Assembly (NCBI GenBank): GCA_947464785.1
Contig: CANHXZ010000001.1
Span: 705 to 64,704, forward strand
Direction of reading: 5' to 3'
DNA length: 64,000 nucleotides
DNA from: Flavobacteriales bacterium
GTDB lineage: Bacteria; Bacteroidota; Bacteroidia; Flavobacteriales; Schleiferiaceae
This document shows, one piece after another, positions 29,218 to 37,915 of the stretch (positions within the stretch are counted from its first letter, which is position 1; the number at the start of each line of letters is the position of its first letter). The notes beneath the pieces are model-generated. The model had not been told where the DNA came from, ran no database searches, and saw only the letters and a list, made by a program, of their open reading frames with translations. The translations under genes were made by a program, and so were the position numbers.

Positions 29218-31707
29218 ATGATTGTACACCCTGCCCCCAGCCACCAGCCCACGGTGCGTCCCAACCGCGCCCAAACCGCTGCCGTTGCCAACGGAACGGT
29301 CCGCATCGCCACCGAAAACGGCTGCCAACTCCTCGTTTCTGCGGTGGACGACGGGGTTCTGCGCCTTCGCTTTTCGCCCGACGGGCAGGAACTTCCGGAT
29401 CATTCGTACGCCTTGGACCCGGGGTCTTCCTTAGCGCTTGAAGCAACCGAAGCAGCCATCCACTGGACGGAGGATGCGGTGCAGGGAATCTTGCGCACGG
29501 CCGGCGCGCAGTGGGTGGTCCAAAAGGACGGATTGGCTTGGGCCTTGAGTACCGAAAAAGGTGAACTGCTGGTGCAAACGGACGCCGGTTTCCACGCGCA
29601 GCCGGACGCTCAAAACGGCGGTTTTACCTGCGGCCTGGGCTTGCGCAGCAGCAAAAACGAGCGCTTTTACGGCCTGGGAGACAAGGCCGGGCGCCTCAAC
29701 CTGAAGGATCAGTGCCTGGTTCATTGGAACACCGACGCCTTTCGCTACCAAGCGGATACGGATCCGTTGTACAAAACCGTGCCCTTTTACATTGGCTTGA
29801 ACAACGGCAAAGCCTACGGGGTGTTTGTGGACACCCCCGCCCCCACCCGGTTTGATTTTGGGGCCGGACGCGCGGACGGCGTGGACCTCACCGCCGCCAC
29901 CGACGAATTCAACCTGTACTTGATTGCCGGTCCGGACCTTCTGGACGTGGTGCGCCGCTACACCCGCCTGACCGGACGCACCCCGCTCCCACCCCTTTGG
30001 GCCCTGGGCCTGCACCAATCCAAATGGGGCTATGCCTCCCACGGCGAAGTAGTGGGCCTAGCGGAAACCTTTCGCCGCCACCGCCTGCCGTGCGACGCGC
30101 TGTATTTGGACATCGACTACATGAACGAGTACCGCGTCTTCACGTGGGATTCGGACCGATTCCCGCAGCCCCGAGCCACGGTCAACGAGCTCCTGACGCA
30201 CGGCATCCGAACCGTCGCCATCCTGGACCCCGGGGTGAAAATAGACCCGGACTACTCGGTATACGCCGAGGGACTGGAGCGCAACGTCTTCTGCCGCACG
30301 GCCGACGGCGCCCTGGCCTCCGGCAAGGTGTGGCCCGGCGAATGCCGCTTCCCGGATTTCACCCACCCCGATGCCCGCGCTTGGTGGGCCGCCCGCGTGG
30401 CCGCCTTCGCGAAAGAATCCGGCGTTCACGGCCTGTGGAACGACATGAACGAACCCGCATTGATGGGCGTTTCCAGCAAAACCCTTCCGGAAGGGATTCG
30501 GCACGACGCAGACGGCAACCCCTGCTCGCACCGCAAAATCCACAACGCCTACGGCATGCAGATGGCGCGCGCCACGCACGACGGGCTGCGTCAACACGCC
30601 CCCAACCGGCGTCCTTTTGTGCTCACGCGCGCGGCCTTCAGCGGCACCCAACGCTACGCGCTCTCCTGGACCGGGGACAACACCGCCTCCTGGGAACACC
30701 TCTCCGTGGCCAACCGCCAAGTGCAGCGCCTCAACCTCTCCGGCATGGGTTTCACGGGATCGGACATCGGGGGTTTCATTGAACAGCCCGACGCCGAACT
30801 TTTTGTGCGCTGGGTGCAGTTGGGGTCCTTTCATCCCTACTGCCGCATCCACAGCTCCGGCCACCACGGCGATCAAGAACCGTGGAGTTTTGGCGCGGAC
30901 ACCTTGGCTCGGGTGCGCTATGCGCTGGAACTGCGCATGACCCTCCTGCCCTATTGGTACACCGCCTTTTGGCAGCAAGCACAAGACGGCACGCCCGTCC
31001 TGACTTCCTTAGTGGCCGCAGACCCCAGCAATCCCCAAACCCACCACCGCGAGAACGAGTTTCTGGTGGGTTCGCACCTGCTGGTGGCGCCCGTGGTGGA
31101 GCATGGACGGCGCGCGCAGCGCGCCTACCTGCCGCAGGGTCCCTGGTACGCGTGGGAAGATTCCCAAACGTTTGCGGGCCGCGAAGAACATCCGGTGGCG
31201 GCGCCCCTGCACCGCATTCCGCTGTTTGTGCGCGCCGGTGCGTGCATCCCGCGCTACCCGGTGCAGCAACACGTGCACGAACGCCCGGTAGAAGAATTGG
31301 TTTTGGACGTGTACGGCCCGACGGACGGCATAACCGTTCGCTCGCAAGGGTATTTTGATGCCGGCGACGGCGTGCCGGAACCCGGCAATCTCTTGCCCCA
31401 CGAACTCCGCACTTGGACCACCGAAGCACACGCCTCTAACGGATGGACGCTGCACCAGGAGTGCTCGAACCATTCGTTTGCGTCGTTTTCCTCCGTGCGC
31501 CTTCGGGTATTTGGCGGTTCCCCAGACACCCCTCCTTCCGCGGTGTGCGACGGCCTCCCGGTGCACTTTGTGCGGTCCGCTGCCGCCTGGGTTTCCGAAC
31601 CCCGCACCGACGCCTTGGACCCCACCGAAACCGGCATTTCCAACGACGGTTCCGTGTGGACGGCGGAACTGCCGTCCCGATTCACCCGGGTAGACTTCAG
31701 TGCCTGA
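29218..31707 (+). CDS. glycoside hydrolase family 31 alpha-glucosidase
   Basis: 829 aa. Catalytic nucleophile context GLWNDMNEP. Also YLDIDYM, RPFVLTRA.F.G.QRY...WTGDN, GSDIGGF. Confidence 0.92.
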   Translation: MIVHPAPSHQPTVRPNRAQTAAVANGTVRIATENGCQLLVSAVDDGVLRLRFSPDGQELPDHSYALDPGSSLALEATEAAIHWTEDAVQGILRTAGAQWVVQKDGLAWALSTEKGELLVQTDAGFHAQPDAQNGGFTCGLGLRSSKNERFYGLGDKAGRLNLKDQCLVHWNTDAFRYQADTDPLYKTVPFYIGLNNGKAYGVFVDTPAPTRFDFGAGRADGVDLTAATDEFNLYLIAGPDLLDVVRRYTRLTGRTPLPPLWALGLHQSKWGYASHGEVVGLAETFRRHRLPCDALYLDIDYMNEYRVFTWDSDRFPQPRATVNELLTHGIRTVAILDPGVKIDPDYSVYAEGLERNVFCRTADGALASGKVWPGECRFPDFTHPDARAWWAARVAAFAKESGVHGLWNDMNEPALMGVSSKTLPEGIRHDADGNPCSHRKIHNAYGMQMARATHDGLRQHAPNRRPFVLTRAAFSGTQRYALSWTGDNTASWEHLSVANRQVQRLNLSGMGFTGSDIGGFIEQPDAELFVRWVQLGSFHPYCRIHSSGHHGDQEPWSFGADTLARVRYALELRMTLLPYWYTAFWQQAQDGTPVLTSLVAADPSNPQTHHRENEFLVGSHLLVAPVVEHGRRAQRAYLPQGPWYAWEDSQTFAGREEHPVAAPLHRIPLFVRAGACIPRYPVQQHVHERPVEELVLDVYGPTDGITVRSQGYFDAGDGVPEPGNLLPHELRTWTTEAHASNGWTLHQECSNHSFASFSSVRLRVFGGSPDTPPSAVCDGLPVHFVRSAAAWVSEPRTDALDPTETGISNDGSVWTAELPSRFTRVDFSA

Positions 31708-31715
31708 GCTACCCC

Positions 31716-32012
31716 TTAAAAGGTAACGCCCAATGCAGCCACGCCCAGGCGTCCATCGCCCGGCATAGCGCCCGGCCCCGGATACCCCCCCGCGCGCCGC
31801 GTGAAGTAACGGACGTTGGTCGCGTTTTGCACCCCCATTTTGAGGTAAACCGAAGGGGTCGGTTTGAATTGCGCACTGATATCCAGTAGGTTGTAATTGG
31901 GAATTCGCGCAACGGTGGCCGCGGCATTGGGGGCCTTGGTGTTGGCCGCAAAACTACTGTTCAAACCACTTTTCACGCAACCCAAATCAAAAAAAGTATG
32001 CCCGTAAAAGGC
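31716..32012 (-). pseudogene. C-terminal remnant (about 95 codons) of a TonB-dependent receptor gene
   Basis: The translation ...TAFYGHTFFDLGCVKSGLNSSFAANTKAPNAAATVARIPNYNLLDISAQFKPTPSVYLKMGVQNATNVRYFTRRAGGYPGPGAMPGDGRLGVAALGVTF ends in the canonical terminal Phe of TBDR barrels. There is no plug or N-terminal barrel. The frame closes (TGA) inside the neighbouring ATPase gene. The only in-frame start is a TTG. Confidence 0.6.
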
Positions 32013-32014
32013 GG

Positions 32015-33166
32015 TTATTGCGGAGCGCCGTCGGCCAGAAAATCATCCAAAAGGGACGGCGTCACCCAGCCCGTTTCCGCTTCCGGGTAAGCGGCCTCAA
32101 AGGCCCGCGAACGCTTGGGACGCGCTTTGTCGTTCCATTTGCACTCCCATGCCTTCAGGCTTCCCGCGGTGCGCTCCACCCAATCCCACTCCACCCCGTC
32201 CTTGGTGCGCCAAAAAAACTGTTCGGCGGATTGACCTCGATGAAGCAGCGCTTTTCTCCGCTCCGACAACGCATAATTTTCCCACAAGGCACCCACGTCT
32301 GACCGCATTTCTAAGGGACGGAGGTCGCCCAAGACCGCATTGCGGATGCCGTTGTCGTAAAAATAGACCTTCTTGGCGCGCTTGAGCTCGGACCGCAGGT
32401 TGCCGCTGAAGGCGCCCACCCGAAACACCACGTAGGCCTTCTCCAGCAAATCGATGTAGCGCTCCACCGTTTTTGCGTCCAACCCCGCCAACTGCGCCAA
32501 TTCGTGGTAGGACACCAACGATCCTACTTGAAAGGCCAAAGCGCGCACCAGCTTGACCAAGGCTTCCGGCCGCAAGACGGAGTCTACGGCCAAAATATCG
32601 CGGTACAAGTAACTGTCTGCGAGGAGCTTCAATCGGTCGTCTCGCCAATCCGACGCCAACACTACCTCCGGGTAGGCGCCGTACACCAACCGCTCGGGAA
32701 GCATCCTTTGCTCCTGCAGAACCCCAAAGTGTGCTTGCATTTCTGCGCGCGAAAAAGGCAACAACGTGAATTCCCATTTGCGACCGGTGAGGGACTCGTT
32801 CACCGCGCCAGTCAACAAAACGGACGAACTTCCGGTGAGGAAAACCTGAACATTTGGGAAAAAGTCCACCACGCGCTTGGCGATTCGGCCTACCTCCGGA
32901 ATCAGTTGCGCTTCGTCGATCACCAGAAATCGCTTTCCGCGCAAGGCCACTTCCCACCGATCCGTGGTGAGGCTTTGAAGCCACCCCGACGTGTCTGGGT
33001 CGTCGCCCGTCAACCACAACACCTCCGCATTGGAGCCTACCCAACGTTTGCAGAGCGACGTCTTTCCCACTTGACGAGGACCGGTCACCACGACTGCTTT
33101 CCCCAGGAAAAAACGCGCTTCTGCTCGCTGGAACAAAGTTCGCTCAATCCAATTTTTCGCTTCCAT
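32015..33166 (-). CDS. AAA-family ATPase of the AAA_14/DUF4143 type
   Basis: 383 aa. Walker A GPRQVGKTSL, Walker B FLVIDEAQ, and a C-terminal region typical of DUF4143 proteins (...FYDNGIRNA...). Confidence 0.88.
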   Translation of the reverse strand: MEAKNWIERTLFQRAEARFFLGKAVVVTGPRQVGKTSLCKRWVGSNAEVLWLTGDDPDTSGWLQSLTTDRWEVALRGKRFLVIDEAQLIPEVGRIAKRVVDFFPNVQVFLTGSSSVLLTGAVNESLTGRKWEFTLLPFSRAEMQAHFGVLQEQRMLPERLVYGAYPEVVLASDWRDDRLKLLADSYLYRDILAVDSVLRPEALVKLVRALAFQVGSLVSYHELAQLAGLDAKTVERYIDLLEKAYVVFRVGAFSGNLRSELKRAKKVYFYDNGIRNAVLGDLRPLEMRSDVGALWENYALSERRKALLHRGQSAEQFFWRTKDGVEWDWVERTAGSLKAWECKWNDKARPKRSRAFEAAYPEAETGWVTPSLLDDFLADGAPQ

Positions 33167-33170
33167 AACG

Positions 33171-33178
33171 CAAAAATA
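33171..33178 (-). promoter_or_regulatory. TAnnTTTG -7 box (TATTTTTG) 4 nt upstream of the ATPase ATG
   Basis: Minus strand: TATTTTTG-CGTT-ATG. Confidence 0.55.
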
Positions 33179-33247
33179 CCGATATTTTAGGAATTGAATC
33201 CCAAAATATCGCGATAAAACAGGAATTGAATCCTAAAATATCGGGAT
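33179..33247. repeat. two 27-nt direct repeats (period 32); the first is extended into an imperfect palindrome
   Basis: AGGAATTGAATCCCAAAATATCGCGAT (33189-33215) and AGGAATTGAATCCTAAAATATCGGGAT (33221-33247), with 2 mismatches. CCGATATTTT (33179-33188) is the inverted complement of AAAATATCGG. Confidence 0.6.
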
Positions 33248-33269
33248 TATTAAAATCGGAGGGGCTGGA

Positions 33270-34094
33270 CTACTTCGCGGGAAGGGCCGCCAAAATCGCG
33301 TCCCAGAGGGCGCGTCGGGCCGCCAAAGCTTCCACCACCGTGTCTTCAGCCTCCGCCCACTTGGCGTCGTCGTCCCCGCACACGGCGTGCATCATGCGCA
33401 AGGCCGCCGGGCCGTGCTCGTCGCCGTCCAGCTCTATGTGCCGGTCCAAATAGTAGATGAAGGCGTCGAAGGTTCCGGGGTGGTTGCGGTGCAGTTCGCG
33501 CACCAATTCTGTAAACATGTCCGGAATCAGATCTTCGCGTCCAAACGTGAAGGACGCCATGATTTCGTGCAACTTGCCGCGCTTGATGATGCGTTCGGTG
33601 ACGCGCAAAAAAGCCAGCTGGGCTTCCGGCACCTCGGCGGTGTTGTAGCGCAAAACGTCCCGCAGGGAAAAGCCCCGCTGCAGGGTTTGGATGAAGTGCA
33701 CCACCGGGCGTGTGTTGGCGCCGGCTTGGCGCATGGCGTCCAGGTACAGTTCGTAGTGGCTGGCGGGTTGGCCAAAGGGGTCCACGTCCGACTCCTCGCC
33801 CAATACAATTTCGTTGATCAACCGACGCGCGGCTTTGTGTTTGGTAGGGACCCAAGCGGTTTCCACGCTGGTCAAGGACGCCTGAAGTGTTTTGAGCAAG
33901 CTCATGAAGTCCCACACGGCAAAGACGTGGTACTCCATAAACGTTTGCACGTCTTCAACGCTGCGCAGCTGGGCGTACAGCGGATGGCCAATGACTTCGT
34001 TGCGGACCGCATGCATGCGACGTTGCAACGAAAGCAGGCGGTAATCTACAGGAGCCAATGGGGCGGTAGTTTCAGCGGAGACAGGAGCACTCAT
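33270..34094 (-). CDS. DUF3050-family (heme-oxygenase-like fold) protein
   Basis: Start set at ATG 34094 (MSAPVSAETT...). Hallmark HVFAVWDFMSLLKTLQ, INEIVLGEESD, FTFGREDLIPDMF, YYLDRHIELDGDEHGP. The track ORF extends upstream into the DUF2480 gene in another frame. Confidence 0.8.
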   Translation of the reverse strand: MSAPVSAETTAPLAPVDYRLLSLQRRMHAVRNEVIGHPLYAQLRSVEDVQTFMEYHVFAVWDFMSLLKTLQASLTSVETAWVPTKHKAARRLINEIVLGEESDVDPFGQPASHYELYLDAMRQAGANTRPVVHFIQTLQRGFSLRDVLRYNTAEVPEAQLAFLRVTERIIKRGKLHEIMASFTFGREDLIPDMFTELVRELHRNHPGTFDAFIYYLDRHIELDGDEHGPAALRMMHAVCGDDDAKWAEAEDTVVEALAARRALWDAILAALPAK

Positions 34095-34618
34095 GGAGCC
34101 GTTGGAGTTGTGTTTTTGAACAAAGGAACGGAGCTGCAGGCTTCGCCGTAGAGAACGGATTTGGCCACCGGACGCAGCGCGGCGGCAGCGGCGGCATACG
34201 CAGATTCCGGGACGGGGTGTTTTCCGCAGCCCTTGATCAGGACAGGGCGGTTCGCATAGGCCTGTACGTCCAATTTCGCCATGCAGTGGGCGTAGTAGGT
34301 GTCCAGTAGGGCGCTGGGCGCACACCAGGCAACATACCGTGCTGTTTCCGCCAAACGGATGGCCACCAAAGCCGGAACCCATTGGGGCAGGATGCAGCCG
34401 CTGGGGTTGTGCACGGCCACGGCAGCATCACGAATGCTTTCGCAGTCAAAAGCCAGTAAGGCGGCGCGGAATTCCTTTTCGCGCACGATTCCGTCCGGGC
34501 ACCACTGGGCCACGTCCAAGACCGCTTGCCGCACGGGGAAAATATCTTCCAAATCCAACGTTACGAGCGGGCTTTCCGCCACGCGGTTGCGGATGGGGTC
34601 GGTACCTAGATTATTCAC
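34091..34618 (-). CDS. DUF2480-family protein (SUF-associated in Bacteroidota)
   Basis: 175 aa. ...LEDIFP..., VREKEFR, VLIKGCGKHPVPESAY, SVLYGEACSSVPLFK. GTG start overlapping the DUF59 stop (GTGA). The stop overlaps the DUF3050 start. Confidence 0.75.
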   Translation of the reverse strand: MNNLGTDPIRNRVAESPLVTLDLEDIFPVRQAVLDVAQWCPDGIVREKEFRAALLAFDCESIRDAAVAVHNPSGCILPQWVPALVAIRLAETARYVAWCAPSALLDTYYAHCMAKLDVQAYANRPVLIKGCGKHPVPESAYAAAAAALRPVAKSVLYGEACSSVPLFKNTTPTAP

Positions 34619-34977
34619 AGCATGCCCAACTCAAGCCGGGCCTCTTCGGACATCATGTCTTTGGTCCACGGCGGTTCAAACGTGATTTCCACCTCGGCGT
34701 CGCGCACGGCGTCCAAGGACTGAACTTTTTCCTTCACCTCCACGGGCAGGGTTTCCGCTACCGGGCAGTTTGGTGAGGTCAAGGTCATCAAAACGTGCAC
34801 GGATCCTTCGTCGGACACTTGGACGTCGTAGACCAATCCCAATTCGTAGATGTCTACGGGGATTTCGGGGTCGTAGATGGTGCGGAGTACGTCAACCACC
34901 TGGTCGCCCAGGTGTTGCATTTCTTCTGGCGTCATGGTTTGGGGCAGTATATCCGGACGTTCGGCGGTGGGGTTCAC
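34615..34977 (-). CDS. SUF-system Fe-S assembly protein, DUF59 (SufT/PaaD-like) family
   Basis: TIYDPEIPVDIYELGLVYDV...MTLTSPNCPVAE...EITFEPPWTKDMMSEEARLELG. The GTG start overlaps the sufE stop. An alternative ATG is at 34935. Confidence 0.88.
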   Translation of the reverse strand: MNPTAERPDILPQTMTPEEMQHLGDQVVDVLRTIYDPEIPVDIYELGLVYDVQVSDEGSVHVLMTLTSPNCPVAETLPVEVKEKVQSLDAVRDAEVEITFEPPWTKDMMSEEARLELGML

Positions 34978-35387
34978 GTGTTGGCGGCGTAGGCGAGGGC
35001 GTAAAACTTAATTTGCTTGACCATGCTCGCCAATCCGTTGGCACGGGTTGGGCTGAGGTGGCTCGTCAATCCTATAGCGTTTAAAAAGGCAAAAGGTTCA
35101 CGGGCCACCTCTTCCGCAGGCCGATTCTGCACCACGCGAAGCAGCAAGGCCACCATGCCCCGGGTGATGATGGCGTCGGAGTCCGCCGTAAAGTGCAGCA
35201 GTCCGTTGGGGCATTCGGCGTAGAGCCACACCTTGCTTTGGCAACCGCGGATGAGGTTGTCCTCCGTCTTGTGGGCGGGATCCATTTGGGGAAGGTCTTT
35301 GCCCAGGGCGATGAGGTGGTCGTACTTGGCCATCCAGTCGTCGAACAAATCAAATTCGTCGACGATGTCTTGTTCGATGGGGGACAT
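34974..35387 (-). CDS. sufE: cysteine desulfuration protein SufE
   Basis: 137 aa. Persulfide-acceptor Cys context IRGCQSKVWLY. Also ADSDA.ITRG..ALL. Confidence 0.88.
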   Translation of the reverse strand: MSPIEQDIVDEFDLFDDWMAKYDHLIALGKDLPQMDPAHKTEDNLIRGCQSKVWLYAECPNGLLHFTADSDAIITRGMVALLLRVVQNRPAEEVAREPFAFLNAIGLTSHLSPTRANGLASMVKQIKFYALAYAANT

Positions 35388-35427
35388 AGGGGTAGATTGG
35401 AGGGGTACGGTTCAGGCCAACAGAGGA

Positions 35428-36654
35428 TTACAGCAACATGCGTGCCGCTTTTTGCACGCCGTCCACCAGGGCGTCCAGGTCTTCCACGGTGGTGTAAGCG
35501 GCCAGCGAGGCACGGACGGTACCGGGGATGCCGTAGCGGTCCATGATGGGTTGGGTGCAGTGCTGACCGGTGCGGACGGCGATGCCCATTTGGTCCAGAA
35601 GCATGCCCACGTCGTAGGGGTGTGCTCCGTCCAGGTTGAAGCTGATGACGGCTGCCTTGTGGGCGGCCGTTCCGTAAAATCGGATGCCGTCCACGGATTG
35701 AAGTTTCGCGGTGGCGTAGCGCAGCAGTTCGTCTTCGTGGCGCGCAATCCGCTCCAAGCCCACGCGGTGCATCCAGCGGGAGGCCTCGGCCAATCCGATG
35801 GCTCCTGCGATGTGCGGGGTTCCGGCTTCAAACTTGAAGGGCAATCCGGCGTAGGTGGATCCCTCCAGGCGAACTTGGTCGATCATCTCGCCGCCGCCCA
35901 TGAACGGGGGCAGGCGCTCCAGCCATTCGGTTTTACCGTACAGAACGCCCATGCCGGTGGGTCCGTACATTTTGTGGCCGCTGAAAGCGTAAAAATCAAC
36001 GTCCAGTTCCTGAACGTCCACGGTGCTGTGCGGAACGGCCTGTGCTCCGTCTACAAAGACCGCGGCGCCTACGGCGTGCGCTTGGGCGGTCATGTCGCGC
36101 ACGGGATTGACCGTTCCCAAGGCGTTGGAAATGTGGTTGAAGGCCACCAATTTGACCCGACGGTCCAGCAACGATGCGTAGGCGTCTTGGTCCAAGGAAC
36201 CGTCGTCCAGCAGGGGGATGAAGCGGAGCTCTGCGCCGGTGGCTTGGGCCAGCATTTGCCAAGGCACCAAGTTGCTGTGGTGCTCCAGGGTGCTGATCAC
36301 GAGGGCATCGCCCGGTTGGAGGAGGGTGCGGAAACCGTGGGCCACCAAGTTGACGCCTTCGGTGGTGCCGCGCGTCCAGAGGATTTCATGGGTGTGGGCC
36401 GCGTTGAGGTGCATGCGGAGCTGCTCGCGCGCGGCTTCAAAGGAGTCCGTGGCGCGCTGGCTCAAGGTGTGCACGCCGCGGTGTACGTTGGCGTTGTCCG
36501 TTCGGTAGTAGTGGTCCACGGCGTCCAAAACGCAGAGGGGCTTTTGCACCGTTGCGGCGTTGTCCAGGTACACCAGGGGGCGTCCGTTAATCGTTTGCTT
36601 CAGGATGGGAAATTCATCCAATAGACTAGAAGGCAGTAGGTTGCGTGGTTCCAC
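35428..36654 (-). CDS. sufS: cysteine desulfurase SufS (class V aminotransferase, group II)
   Basis: DEFPILKQTINGRPLVYLDNAATVQKP, FSGHKMYGPTG (PLP lysine), RTGQHCTQP (catalytic Cys). There is no in-frame ATG near the N-terminus. I propose GTG 36654 (VEPRNLL...), which is 4 nt downstream of a GACCTTTG box. An alternative TTG is at 36621. Confidence 0.9.
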   Translation of the reverse strand: MEPRNLLPSSLLDEFPILKQTINGRPLVYLDNAATVQKPLCVLDAVDHYYRTDNANVHRGVHTLSQRATDSFEAAREQLRMHLNAAHTHEILWTRGTTEGVNLVAHGFRTLLQPGDALVISTLEHHSNLVPWQMLAQATGAELRFIPLLDDGSLDQDAYASLLDRRVKLVAFNHISNALGTVNPVRDMTAQAHAVGAAVFVDGAQAVPHSTVDVQELDVDFYAFSGHKMYGPTGMGVLYGKTEWLERLPPFMGGGEMIDQVRLEGSTYAGLPFKFEAGTPHIAGAIGLAEASRWMHRVGLERIARHEDELLRYATAKLQSVDGIRFYGTAAHKAAVISFNLDGAHPYDVGMLLDQMGIAVRTGQHCTQPIMDRYGIPGTVRASLAAYTTVEDLDALVDGVQKAARMLL

Positions 36655-36658
36655 GGTG

Positions 36659-36666
36659 CAAAGGTC
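36659..36666 (-). promoter_or_regulatory. variant -7 box (GACCTTTG) 4 nt upstream of the proposed sufS GTG start
   Basis: Minus strand: GACCTTTG-CACC-GTG, parallel to GTACCTTTG-CCCC-ATG elsewhere. Confidence 0.4.
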
Positions 36667-36720
36667 GGGAATTAAACGGATATAGGTGTGTGGCGTACGG
36701 CTAGCGGAGGTGGGACGGGG

Positions 36721-36728
36721 GTCCTTTG
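36721..36728 (+). promoter_or_regulatory. variant -7 box (GTCCTTTG) 4 nt upstream of ATG 36733
   Basis: GTCCTTTG-GTGC-ATG, divergent from the sufS promoter. Confidence 0.35.
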
Positions 36729-36732
36729 GTGC

Positions 36733-37860
36733 ATGACAAAACAATGGATCTGGGCGTGCCTCCTTCTGGGAGGAGGGGGTGCGCCGCCCAGCTTGTGGGC
36801 CCAACAAGTACCGGCGGGAACCCGCCCGTTCGTTGCAGTGGTTGAACAAAGAACGAACCGCTGGGCGGAATTGTTCCGGATGGACGACACGTCGCGCCTG
36901 ACGCCGCTGGACCTTCGACACTTTTATCCGGAGGAGGAGGTGCAAACGGTGAGCCGGGTTTGGGACGGAACGCACTTTTTTGAGGTGGTGGACTTCACCG
37001 GTACCACCCGCCCCGAAGAAGGAATGCCGCACCCGCTGCAACGCGTTCGGCACGACCGCGGCGTGGATTTTTACTATGCGGACCCGCAGCAAAACCACGC
37101 GCTGGTGTGGACGGCTGCGGACGCACAAGAGTGGCAGGAACACGAGGCTTTACTGGTGCCGCGTGGTGGCGGTTGGCTGCTCCCCCACTCGCCCCTGCCC
37201 ACGGCCAATCAGGTGCGGGAATGGGGACGCGCGGTGGAAACCAATACCGCGGAACTCACCAAGGTGGTTTGGGACGGCGCAACAGTGGAGTACAACCGTC
37301 GGACGGGAGTGCGCACCGAACGCTGGGGGCAAAACGACTCGGTCCGACGCACGCGGTACGCGGTACTGCCCACCGGCGACTATTTCCTGACGGAGTTGGA
37401 GGAACGCGGACGGGCGACGGGCGCCAACGGGGTGTGCTGGACCGGATACCGTCGGGCAGAATGGGGGGCGCCGCGCGTGGACACCGGGGCGGCTGCGGTG
37501 GAAAACTGGCTGGCCGCCCGCGGGTGGAGCAACGGCATCAACGGGCCGTACGCTCAAGCCAAAACTTCCCTGGAAGGCAGTGTGGACCGTGCGTTGGTAG
37601 ACGCAAACAGCTCCTCAATCCCTTGGCAGACTTGGGTAGCGGTGGACGCCGGCGGAAACGGTCGGTTGGTTGCGCGCGGACCCCTTCTGGGCGTTGAGGC
37701 GGAAGTTCGAGTGGCGGACGCCACCGGTCGGGTGGTTTGGACGCACCGCGGGCCGTGGAGCGGGTCGCTGGAATTAACCGATTTGCCGGGCGCACAGGTC
37801 TACACCGTTTGGCTCCAGCAGGGGGGACAACGCCACGCCACGCGCTGGGTACGTCCGTGA
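36733..37860 (+). CDS. secreted hypothetical protein with T9SS-like C-terminal sorting domain
   Basis: Start set at ATG 36733 (MTKQWIWACLLLGGGGAPPSLWAQQ, a signal peptide). C-terminus VRVADATGRVVWTHRGPWSGSLELTDLPGAQVYTVWLQQGGQRHATRWVRP. Confidence 0.65.
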   Translation: MTKQWIWACLLLGGGGAPPSLWAQQVPAGTRPFVAVVEQRTNRWAELFRMDDTSRLTPLDLRHFYPEEEVQTVSRVWDGTHFFEVVDFTGTTRPEEGMPHPLQRVRHDRGVDFYYADPQQNHALVWTAADAQEWQEHEALLVPRGGGWLLPHSPLPTANQVREWGRAVETNTAELTKVVWDGATVEYNRRTGVRTERWGQNDSVRRTRYAVLPTGDYFLTELEERGRATGANGVCWTGYRRAEWGAPRVDTGAAAVENWLAARGWSNGINGPYAQAKTSLEGSVDRALVDANSSSIPWQTWVAVDAGGNGRLVARGPLLGVEAEVRVADATGRVVWTHRGPWSGSLELTDLPGAQVYTVWLQQGGQRHATRWVRP

Positions 37861-37915
37861 GGGGGTCCCTTGCGATCGTTGTGGACAAACTTTTTAACCA
37901 ATCATTCCAAAAATC

